Source: Spirochaetota bacterium
GTDB lineage: Bacteria > Spirochaetota > UBA4802 > UBA5550
NCBI GenBank assembly: GCA_035403545.1
Contig: DAONFJ010000011.1
Coordinates: forward strand, 135 to 64,134
Reading direction: 5' to 3'
Length of the DNA: 64,000 nucleotides
Of the stretch, positions 1-8,154 are shown piece by piece. Positions within the stretch are counted from its first letter, which is position 1. The number at the start of each line of letters is the position of its first letter. The notes beneath the pieces were generated by a model. The model was not told the DNA's origin, searched no databases, and saw only the letters and a list, made by a program, of their open reading frames with translations. Both the position numbers and the translations under genes were made by a program.

Positions 1-774
1 GATCTGATATCTTGTAAATGAAGACATCTGCTCTGCCATATCTGTATCTCTTATACGGCTTTCAGAAGCCTGAACATTTTCATAAGCGTTCATTAAACCT
101 TTAGCAGAATGCTCGAGTCTGTTATAGTATGCACCAAGGTCTGCTCTCTGTTTTGAGATAATTCTAAGAGCTTCGTCGGCAAGTCCTATTACAGAGTTAG
201 CTTTACCTGGAGTTGACAGAGATATAAAAGTAAGTACTGTCGGATTCCTTAGTCCAAGTGCTGCAGTTGTCATTGTTTCGATGAAAACTCTTTCTCTCTG
301 ATGCATGTTTGGTCCCATATGAAACCACATAGACGCAGTAGGATGCAGTCTTGCAAAAGAACCTGTAAGAAGTTTCATCTTGTTAAATTCAGCCTGAGAC
401 GCGATTCTATCGATTTCATCAACAAGTTCTGAAACCTCAATCTGTATCAGCTGTCTGTCTTCGTCTGTATAAGTACCGTTTGCAGATTGTACAGCAAGGA
501 CCCTGATTCTCTGAAGTATTTCATGTGTTTCTGTGAGGTAACCTTCAGCAGTCTGAATGAGGGACATACCATCTTCAGTATTTCTTTCCGCCTGTCTCAA
601 ACCCTGAATCTGTGATCTCATCTTTTCAGAAACCGCGAGTCCGGATGCGTCGTCACCGGCTTTATTTATACGCATTCCTGAAGAGAGTTTTTCCACATCT
701 TTTGTTAGGCTCCAGTCATGGAATTTTAAAGTCCTGTGAGAAAAAATTGCAGCTACGTTGTGATTTATTACCAT
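1..774 (-). CDS. flaB: Flagellar filament core protein FlaB (flagellin), C-terminus cut by the window edge
   Basis: Absent from the ORF track because it runs off the left edge. Reverse-strand ATG at 774..772 follows AAGGAGG (781-787 on +). Translation is [103 protein letters not shown], the conserved blocks of spirochaetal (Leptospira-type) FlaB. The frame is open for 258 codons to position 1. Confidence 0.9.
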   Translation of the reverse strand, partial: MVINHNVAAIFSHRTLKFHDWSLTKDVEKLSSGMRINKAGDDASGLAVSEKMRSQIQGLRQAERNTEDGMSLIQTAEGYLTETHEILQRIRVLAVQSANGTYTDEDRQLIQIEVSELVDEIDRIASQAEFNKMKLLTGSFARLHPTASMWFHMGPNMHQRERVFIETMTTAALGLRNPTVLTFISLSTPGKANSVIGLADEALRIISKQRADLGAYYNRLEHSAKGLMNAYENVQASESRIRDTDMAEQMSSFTRYQI

Positions 775-790
775 TATATTCCTCCTTGAA

Positions 791-820
791 TTTAAACGCC
801 GTCATCCTTGATAGCATTAA
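791..820 (-). promoter_or_regulatory. Weak candidate sigma-28-type promoter for flaB
   Basis: Minus strand reads TAAT-N15-GGCGTTTA, ending about 17 nt upstream of the flaB ATG (just 5' of the AAGGAGG site). It matches the TAAA-N15-GCCGATAA consensus at only about 8/12 positions. Confidence 0.25.
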
Positions 821-1040
821 AAATTTTCCTTTTTCATAAACAAAATCGTCAATTTAAAAAAATTACAGGATTACACTGATGGGTTATTAAAAGCGATTAT
901 AACCGTTTATTATTAAATATATAAAAATATCTCATCAAAGTTATTAAACATCTATTTTTTTCATTTTTTTAAAAAAAATATTTGTATTGGCGGATAATGA
1001 ATTTAACAATCAACATTTAATAAATTATAAGGTCAGAAAC

Positions 1041-3638
1041 ATGGGTAAATTCGGCGGTAAAACATTCGGAGGGGGAAATGGTGATAAAAAAAATCCTTTC
1101 TCTTTCAGATCAGATAAATTCTCAAATAAATTTAATATCAAAAAAAACATAAATACTGAAAGAGCAGATAATATTATCACAAGCATAATTATCATTCTAA
1201 AAAGTATTGTCACAAACCTTCCCTCGTTTGTACGAAACTATAAAACAACACTTGTTGGCCTTGGAGCGGGATTTGTCATAGCTTTTATTGTGATACTTGT
1301 TATTGATTTTAACCGGGTACAGAATCTTGCGACTTATCAGCCCGACATCACGACAAGGATTTATGATAAAAATGGAATCCTTATCTCTGAACTCTTCACT
1401 GAAAAAAGAGAAATAGTCCCATATGAAAAGATTCCCAAAAATCTAATAAATGCTTTCGTTGCAATTGAAGATAATGAGTTCTACGACCACTGGGGAATTA
1501 ATCCTAAAGGTATAGTAAGGGCTTTTTTTGTTAATATTTTCGCAGGAGGCGTAAAACAGGGCGGGAGTACAATAACACAACAGCTTGCAAAAATTCTTCT
1601 CACTTCAAGGGAGAGGAGTCTTTACAGAAAAATTAAAGAAGCTTTTATCGCCATTATGATTGAAGCTAAATATTCCAAACAGGAAATTCTCAATCTTTAT
1701 CTTAACCAGATATTTCTGGGGCATGGCGCATACGGCGTTGAATCCGCGTCAAAAATATATTTTCAGAAAAATGTATGGGACCTCAATCTGGCAGAGTGTG
1801 CCCTGCTTGCCACACTGCCGTCATCACCTAACCAGCTTTCGCCTATACGGCATCCTAAAATTGCAATTTCAAGGCATAAAATCATTCTTGGAAAGATGGT
1901 GGAGATGGGCTACATTACCGTTGATGAAGCGGAGAAAGCTTTTCTCGGATTCTGGCCTGATTATCTTGCTTTTATTGGTGACCTCTCGCCATCACTTACT
2001 ACATGGAGCACAAGAATAGACAAAGCTCCATGGTTCACTGAATATATACGAAGAGAACTGGTTAAAAAGTATGGGGAGGAGATGGTTTTCACGGGTGGAC
2101 TTTCTGTCTACACTACGCTGGATGTAAACAAGCAGATGGCAGGACAGCGGATTCTGAAAGATGCGCTCGACAGGCAGAGTGTAGTATCAGGCGGACTTTC
2201 ATTTAACAACGAAGAATATATGGTTAATAATTTTTCTGATGAAATTTCACTCGCTTCATTTATTCTCAATATAAATTCATTCAATAAGAAGGGATCTGCC
2301 GAGAATAATAAACTTAACAATCATCTCCGCAGTGAAGTCATTGAAGAACTGGAAGGAATAAATTTCCTTGCCGGTCTTGATACCATCTCAGACTTTCTTG
2401 ATAAATATAAAACAACATACACTGACGACCGCGAACTTCAGAGAGTTGAAGGATGTATTATCTCCATTAATCATCATAACGGTTATATTGAAGCAATGAT
2501 AGGCGGAGGTGAGTTTTCCAGCATAAACCAGCTGAATCGGACTATGCAGTCAAAAAGACAGCCCGGCTCATCTATTAAACCGCTTCTATATGCTGCGGCG
2601 ATTGAGTCAGGAAAATTCACAGCAGCAACAAGTGTACTCGACTCGCCAATTGTTTATCTCGATACGGATGGAGGGGACTGGGAACCTGAAAACTACGAAG
2701 GTGAGTATAATGGTTTTATCAGGCTGAGGAGAGCACTGGAAAAATCTATTAATGTAGTATCCATACGGATTGCTGACGCGATTGGAATCGACATGGTGAT
2801 GAACTATTACGCCAAACTCCTGAAAATGAATGATTCCGAAAAGAAAGCAAGGATACCGAGAAATCTTTCAATCGCCCTTGGATCGATTGAGGTAAGCCCC
2901 TTTGAAATCACAAGGGCTTATGCTATAATCGCAAATGGCGGAAAAGATGTAGTTCCATTTGCAATAAGATACATTAAAAACCGCAATGGTGAAGTAATTG
3001 AAAACCGGGAACAGGAAGTAAATGATATAATAGCTGAAAAAACAAAAAACGGTACAATCCAGGTTATACAACCGGGTACGGCCCAGGTAATGATAAGCCT
3101 TATGCAGAGCGTTATTTCATCAGGAACAGCACGGGCTGCTTCGCCAGGACGGCCTGCAGCAGGTAAAACAGGAACAACAAACAACTGGAAAGATGCATGG
3201 TTTATCGGCTTCACATCTGATCTCTCCACCGGATTATGGATAGGTTACGACAAACTCGGCCTTTCCCTGGGCGTAGGACAGGCTGCTGCCGGTATCGCCG
3301 CTCCGGTGTGGGGCAATTACATGAGAGAAGCCTTAAGGAACGAACCGGTTTCCGGTTTTCCCGCTTACGCTGCACTGACCACAATGACAGTTTGTGCCAA
3401 CTCCGGGCTCCTGCCTGGTCCATCATGCAAAAGCACAATTTCAGAAATATTTATCCCTGAGTTTATACCGGATAAAATATGTGACATCTGCTCAAATCAG
3501 AATTCAAATTTTCACATGTCTACAAAGTCTCCTGACGAAAATATTATGCAGGGGCAGAAACAGAAAATATTAAATAAAATAAAAGATAACAAAAAGGATT
3601 CCATCATAAATAATATTGGAGATGAACTCCTTCAGTAA
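1041..3638 (+). CDS. Class A penicillin-binding protein (PBP1A family, transglycosylase + transpeptidase)
   Basis: GT51 motifs EDNEFYDHWG, GGSTITQQLAK and RKIKE. Transpeptidase motifs SSIKP (SxxK), SIN (SxN) and KTGTT. One TM segment after a basic or Gly-rich cytoplasmic N-terminus. The track ORF opens at TTG 987 with no RBS. I prefer in-frame ATG 1041, which has AAGG upstream. Confidence 0.9.
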   Translation: MGKFGGKTFGGGNGDKKNPFSFRSDKFSNKFNIKKNINTERADNIITSIIIILKSIVTNLPSFVRNYKTTLVGLGAGFVIAFIVILVIDFNRVQNLATYQPDITTRIYDKNGILISELFTEKREIVPYEKIPKNLINAFVAIEDNEFYDHWGINPKGIVRAFFVNIFAGGVKQGGSTITQQLAKILLTSRERSLYRKIKEAFIAIMIEAKYSKQEILNLYLNQIFLGHGAYGVESASKIYFQKNVWDLNLAECALLATLPSSPNQLSPIRHPKIAISRHKIILGKMVEMGYITVDEAEKAFLGFWPDYLAFIGDLSPSLTTWSTRIDKAPWFTEYIRRELVKKYGEEMVFTGGLSVYTTLDVNKQMAGQRILKDALDRQSVVSGGLSFNNEEYMVNNFSDEISLASFILNINSFNKKGSAENNKLNNHLRSEVIEELEGINFLAGLDTISDFLDKYKTTYTDDRELQRVEGCIISINHHNGYIEAMIGGGEFSSINQLNRTMQSKRQPGSSIKPLLYAAAIESGKFTAATSVLDSPIVYLDTDGGDWEPENYEGEYNGFIRLRRALEKSINVVSIRIADAIGIDMVMNYYAKLLKMNDSEKKARIPRNLSIALGSIEVSPFEITRAYAIIANGGKDVVPFAIRYIKNRNGEVIENREQEVNDIIAEKTKNGTIQVIQPGTAQVMISLMQSVISSGTARAASPGRPAAGKTGTTNNWKDAWFIGFTSDLSTGLWIGYDKLGLSLGVGQAAAGIAAPVWGNYMREALRNEPVSGFPAYAALTTMTVCANSGLLPGPSCKSTISEIFIPEFIPDKICDICSNQNSNFHMSTKSPDENIMQGQKQKILNKIKDNKKDSIINNIGDELLQ

Positions 3639-3759
3639 ATGCCGGTAATATAAAAACTCATTTTTATTGCCGCGGGGAACCCACTGGTACGTTAAAAGGG
3701 ATAAGTACCCTTGACCATGTAAAAATTAATTAATTACAACTAGCACAAAGGATATAGAA

Positions 3760-4317
3760 ATGAAAGATTTTACAATAAACAGCAGCGACTCATTATTATT
3801 GATAATAGATATACAGGATAGACTTTTTAACGCTATGGAGAGCGGTGTACAGAGTGTCCTCAAAAAAAACGGGACCATTCTTATCAACACAGCGAGAGAA
3901 TTTAATATTCCTCTGATATTCACAGAACAATATAGAAAAGGCCTGGGAGAAACAATTCCTGAACTTAAAGATCTCGCAGGAGATTCATTAAACCTTGAAA
4001 AATTACATTTCGACTGCATGAAAGATGATGAGATAAAAAAAGCCGTTCTTAAAGCAGGTAAGAAAACTGTGATAATTACAGGAATAGAATCACACATCTG
4101 TGTGCTTCAGACAGCTTTGAGTCTTATCTCTTCAGGAATAAAAGTAATAGTTGCAGCGGATGGAGTAGCTTCAAGGAAAAAAGAGGACTGGAAATCAGCC
4201 CTGAGTATATTATCTGAAGCCGGTGCATTGGTATATCCCACTGAAACAATTGCTTTTATGATTATTGAAAAAGCCGGAACTCCGGAATTTAAAAAATTAT
4301 CTCCATTATTTAAATAA
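3760..4317 (+). CDS. Isochorismatase-family hydrolase
   Basis: LLIIDIQDRLF near the N-terminus and ITGIESHICV (catalytic Cys context) are typical of the isochorismatase/cysteine hydrolase fold. 185 aa. Confidence 0.75.
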   Translation: MKDFTINSSDSLLLIIDIQDRLFNAMESGVQSVLKKNGTILINTAREFNIPLIFTEQYRKGLGETIPELKDLAGDSLNLEKLHFDCMKDDEIKKAVLKAGKKTVIITGIESHICVLQTALSLISSGIKVIVAADGVASRKKEDWKSALSILSEAGALVYPTETIAFMIIEKAGTPEFKKLSPLFK

Positions 4318-4404
4318 CGTCACTTAAGGATTCGCGGGGGCTACAGCCTCTTAATCCCCTTAATAGATTGAAAAATTATAATTGCCATCGAGTATTCCAG
4401 TACT

Positions 4405-4440
4405 ATAAAAAAACTCCGCCAGTCTGGCAGAGTTTTTTTA
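4405..4440. terminator. Bidirectional rho-independent terminator between convergent genes
   Basis: A-run, then stem AAACTCCGCC (4411-4420), loop AGTCT and stem GGCAGAGTTT with one C:A mismatch, then a T-run (4433-4439). It lies between the + gene ending at 4317 and the - gene ending at 4464. Confidence 0.7.
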
Positions 4441-4463
4441 TGTTTATAGAAATTATCATTACA

Positions 4464-5219
4464 TCAATCAGGCATTTTGTCCCAGAGAATTATTCTGCCG
4501 TCAAAAACCGGACCATCAGCACAAGCCCGCCTGTATCCAGTTACAGTATCAACTGTACATCCCACGCAAAGCCCCACGCCGCACCCGAAATAATTTTCAA
4601 CAGAGACTTCTACCGGAGTGCCCGCATCCGCAAGCTTTACGGTCTTTTCCATCATCGGATCAGGGCCGCAGGTATATATCCTGTCATAACCTTTCATTGA
4701 AATTTTATCAGCCATTACTTCTGTGGCAAAACCTTTAACACCGTCAGACCCGTCATCAGTAGTAATAATAAATTCATCCGCAAGTGCCTTATATTTATTT
4801 TTTTCAAATATAAATTCTTTATTTCTCGCGCAATATATGTAGGTAATTATGTTTCCTTTTTCTTTTAATTCTTTCATCAGGTAATAAAGAGGCGCATTCC
4901 CCACTCCGCCGCCGACAAGAAGTACATGTTTACTTTTCTCAATGGTAAACCCATTACCTGAAGGCCCTATTACATTTATCTCGCCGGGCTGCATGCCACA
5001 GATCAGTTCAGTTCCTTTCCCTATAACACGCACTACTATCCTGACAATTTCACCGTCAGCATCGAAAATTGAAAATGGCCTGCGGAGCAGAGGATCTGTT
5101 CCGTCAGATGCTTTTATATTAATAAACTGTCCGGGCTTACATGCATTATCCATCATTCGTAATGTCAACAGATAGTGATCTTTAGCTACCATTTCAGGGC
5201 TGTTAAGTAAAGTGGCCAT
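4464..5219 (-). CDS. PyrK-like FAD/[2Fe-2S] electron-transfer subunit (dihydroorotate dehydrogenase B / oxidoreductase family)
   Basis: RRPFSI (FAD binding), LLVGGGVGNAPL (NAD(P)/FAD Rossmann fold) and a C-terminal CGVGLCVGC..x..C cluster motif. 251 aa. No pyrD gene is adjacent. Confidence 0.7.
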   Translation of the reverse strand: MATLLNSPEMVAKDHYLLTLRMMDNACKPGQFINIKASDGTDPLLRRPFSIFDADGEIVRIVVRVIGKGTELICGMQPGEINVIGPSGNGFTIEKSKHVLLVGGGVGNAPLYYLMKELKEKGNIITYIYCARNKEFIFEKNKYKALADEFIITTDDGSDGVKGFATEVMADKISMKGYDRIYTCGPDPMMEKTVKLADAGTPVEVSVENYFGCGVGLCVGCTVDTVTGYRRACADGPVFDGRIILWDKMPD

Positions 5220-5365
5220 TAAATCCTCTCATAATTAAGTTATTTCAACATGCGGTCACGGACTTTGTTTTACGTCAGCAGAAACTGCAAAAAGGTGTAT
5301 TAATTAAATACTTTTTAAACCAGTTAATCTTTGAATGATAAATAATCAATCAAAAATATAAGTAT

Positions 5366-5941
5366 TCATATCAGTTTTATTACTCCGATTTTTTTATATT
5401 CAGCTCCTGTTCTATGAAGTGTAGATTCAAAAAGTATAAGTTCCCTGAATACTGATGAAGCAAATGCAGAATCCTTCCCGGTGTTAAGAAATCTGATTAA
5501 TTCAGCAGGTACTTTTTTTTCTTTTCTGACTCTTGCGAGAGTAAGGTGCGGAATAAATTTTCTCTTTTCAGGAGGATAACCAAATGACGCCGCCAAAGTT
5601 TCCACCGCCTGAAAAATTTCACCAAGCGGCTTTTTGTCATATTCCAAGCCGGTCCATATAACTGAAGGGTCTGCTGTAGATGGGAAAGCCCCGATACCTT
5701 CAATTCTGAATTCAACTTTTTTTAAACTGTTAAGAGATAAAAATGCATTTGCGAGAGAGTCTGCAGTTACCGGATCAACTGCTCCGAAAAATTTTAATGT
5801 TATATGAAAATTATCCGCAGGAACGATCTTAAGGAGTGATTCATATTTCTTCAGATTTTTAAAAACTTCAGCCAATGATTGGACAGCCTGTACTTCATCA
5901 ACAGGAAGTGCAATGAACAGACGTCGTGCAGATGTATCCAT
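5366..5941 (-). CDS. thpR: RNA 2',3'-cyclic phosphodiesterase / 2'-5' RNA ligase family (2H phosphoesterase)
   Basis: Two HxT/S motifs: FHITLKF and PHLTLAR. The track ORF opens at TTG 5950. ATG 5941 lies just after the gatC stop. Confidence 0.8.
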   Translation of the reverse strand: MDTSARRLFIALPVDEVQAVQSLAEVFKNLKKYESLLKIVPADNFHITLKFFGAVDPVTADSLANAFLSLNSLKKVEFRIEGIGAFPSTADPSVIWTGLEYDKKPLGEIFQAVETLAASFGYPPEKRKFIPHLTLARVRKEKKVPAELIRFLNTGKDSAFASSVFRELILFESTLHRTGAEYKKIGVIKLI

Positions 5942-5942
5942 A

Positions 5943-6230
5943 TTATTCAATAATTTTGGGAACTATAATATATCCTTCTTTAAAATCAGGCGCAATCTTT
6001 TCCAATTCACTGCGGTCAATAGAATTTTTAACAGCATCTTTTCTAAAAACATTATTGAGTTCAACAATGTGATCCGCAGCCTCAACCATTGATGTATCAA
6101 GTTCATTTATCTTTTCAACATATTCAATAATGCCGCTCAGCTGCCTTGAATACTCATCTTTCTCCTCAGGAGAAAGGTCAAGCCTTGCAAGTTTTGCGAC
6201 TTTTATTATATCAATTTCTTCAATTTTCAT
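5943..6230 (-). CDS. gatC: Asp/Glu-tRNA(Asn/Gln) amidotransferase subunit C
   Basis: 95 aa. IIKVAKLARLDLSPEEKDEYSRQLSGIIEYVEKINELDT is the typical GatC signature. Confidence 0.85.
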   Translation of the reverse strand: MKIEEIDIIKVAKLARLDLSPEEKDEYSRQLSGIIEYVEKINELDTSMVEAADHIVELNNVFRKDAVKNSIDRSELEKIAPDFKEGYIIVPKIIE

Positions 6231-6247
6231 TCTTATTAAAACTCCAC

Positions 6248-6913
6248 CTATTGCTGCATATTTTCAATTTCATTATATTCAAAACGGCCAATATCAAAAT
6301 CAATAACTTTTTTTACATCAAAGTATTTTATTATCACTCTTATCTTTGATGATTTCCCTGAAGAAATTCTCTGAAAAAAACTGAAAAAAGAAACCTTATC
6401 TCCCGGAGCAATAAAGTTAAGCCTGTACCCGGCGGTTTCATTTTCAAAATCGATTTCTCCCAAGAGATTTTTATCGGATAAAATCCTTCTTTTTTTAAGC
6501 AATGACGAAATATTTACCGAGTACCTGTTCCCTAAATAACTTTTATCTTTGATAAAACTGTAATCTTCTACAGGTATAATTTCCCCGTTGTACGCGGCCT
6601 CTACTTTCTCAATTATGAAAGGTTTATTCCACGTATTTACTATTATAAAATGAAAGCATGGATCCACAGGATTCCCTTTTCCGCTGCCTTTAAACATATT
6701 AAAATTTTTAAGATAATTCCAGCTGCCACTATCTACATATTCAATATAGATATCACAATAGACAGTTCTGATAAGTCCAGCCCTCCCCCCTATAATATCG
6801 ATATCCGCTCTCTCCACAGGACGGTAAAATAAAACTTTATTCTCCCGGCTACAGTTAAGAATCTGCAGGATCAGAAATAAAATTATAAAAAAAACTCTGT
6901 AGTTTATATTCAT
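6248..6913 (-). CDS. Hypothetical lipoprotein
   Basis: N-terminal signal with a lipobox-like LQILNC. I recognise no other motif. Confidence 0.5.
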   Translation of the reverse strand: MNINYRVFFIILFLILQILNCSRENKVLFYRPVERADIDIIGGRAGLIRTVYCDIYIEYVDSGSWNYLKNFNMFKGSGKGNPVDPCFHFIIVNTWNKPFIIEKVEAAYNGEIIPVEDYSFIKDKSYLGNRYSVNISSLLKKRRILSDKNLLGEIDFENETAGYRLNFIAPGDKVSFFSFFQRISSGKSSKIRVIIKYFDVKKVIDFDIGRFEYNEIENMQQ

Positions 6914-7003
6914 ATATTATTCATTTTTTTTAAATTCTGATAAATTTCCATTTACATTGAAATATTTATATTGAAAAGATTAATAATTGCTTCCTCTATG
7001 CGA

Positions 7004-7044
7004 GGTAATAATCTTACCTGTACAATATTCAAAAGATTATTACC
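7004..7044. repeat. Perfect 12-bp inverted repeat with a 17-nt spacer in a divergent intergenic region
   Basis: GGTAATAATCTT (7004-7015) and AAGATTATTACC (7033-7044) are exact reverse complements. Confidence 0.8.
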
Positions 7045-7167
7045 GTTTAAATTATACTAGCAATAATTGAGTAGATACAATAATAATTATTCAGGCAATA
7101 ACATTTTCATTATGTTTTCTTTTCTGCCGGGAATAAACGGGTTAAATATACTTAACAGGATAAAGTC

Positions 7168-8151
7168 TTGCGAAAATTAAGATCAGCATTTTACCTTTTT
7201 TTACTCACATGTACTTCCGGAGTATTGGCCTATCATTTTATTGAAGGCATGTCATTTTCAGATGCAATTTTCATGACAGCAATAACAATAAGCTCTGTCG
7301 GTTTTGGAGAGGTTCAGCCGCTCTCCGGAATAGGACGGATAATTACCATATTTATAATCGTGTTCGGTATAACCATTGCCGGTTATACTCTGGGTACTTT
7401 TATCAGGATGCTCATAGAAGGTGAAATAAGTGAAAGGTTCGGGAGAAAAAAAGTGGCAAAGAGAATTTCAGGATTAAAAAACCATTTTATAGTATGCGGA
7501 TTCGGACGGATAGGTAAGCTCATAACAAAGGAACTTATGAAAAATAATGAAAAAGTTATAGTATTGGAAAACGATACTAAACGTGTTCCCGAACTTGAGG
7601 CAATGCATGTCACATACATGCTTCTTGATGCTTCTGATGAAGCTACACTTCTTAAAGCAGGTATCATGAAAGCAAAAGGATTAGTTACAGCAGTAATGTC
7701 CGATGCTGATAATGTTTTTATCACGCTGACAGCAAGAATGCTTCATCCTGATATTTACATTATGGCCAGAGCTTCAGATGCAAAAAATGAAAAAAAACTT
7801 ACAAGCGCCGGAGCAGACAAAGTTGTTTCACCCTATCTGATTGGAGGGCAGAGAATGGCGCAGATGCTGATCAGACCGACAGTTGTTGACTTTATAGATA
7901 TTGCCACAATGGATGACAAACTCGGCCTTAGAATGGAAGAGGCGAAAATAAGTGCCAAATCCAATTATATCGGGAAAACACTTGTAGAAAGCAATCTTCG
8001 TAAAGATTTTGGAGTTATCATTGTGCTGATAAAAAAATACAACGGCGAGATGAAGTTTAATCCTCAACCGACTGAAATTCTTGAGATGAATGATGTAATT
8101 GTAATGCTTGGCAAAATTAATGATGTGGAAAAAATAAACGCAATTATTTAA
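7168..8151 (+). CDS. Two-TM potassium channel with RCK/TrkA-N and TrkA-C domains
   Basis: TM1, a P-loop (AITISSVGFGEV), TM2, then FIVCGFGRIGK (Rossmann GxGxxG of TrkA-N) and a C-terminal TrkA-C-like domain. TTG start with AGGA 7 nt upstream. Confidence 0.8.
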   Translation: MRKLRSAFYLFLLTCTSGVLAYHFIEGMSFSDAIFMTAITISSVGFGEVQPLSGIGRIITIFIIVFGITIAGYTLGTFIRMLIEGEISERFGRKKVAKRISGLKNHFIVCGFGRIGKLITKELMKNNEKVIVLENDTKRVPELEAMHVTYMLLDASDEATLLKAGIMKAKGLVTAVMSDADNVFITLTARMLHPDIYIMARASDAKNEKKLTSAGADKVVSPYLIGGQRMAQMLIRPTVVDFIDIATMDDKLGLRMEEAKISAKSNYIGKTLVESNLRKDFGVIIVLIKKYNGEMKFNPQPTEILEMNDVIVMLGKINDVEKINAII

Positions 8152-8154
8152 TTT

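Noticed and set aside
612-839. 75-aa + strand ORF at the flaB 5' end
   Set aside because: It is antisense to the flagellin N-terminus and its RBS, where FlaB homology is unambiguous.
3726-4097. 123-aa ORF antisense to the isochorismatase-family gene
   Set aside because: It overlaps a motif-supported gene, has no RBS or motif, and shows shadow-frame composition.
5284-5300. Sigma-54 promoter (TTGCA as the -12 element) at the shared 12-mer sites
   Set aside because: The required GG dinucleotide 12 nt upstream of the GC is absent at both copies.
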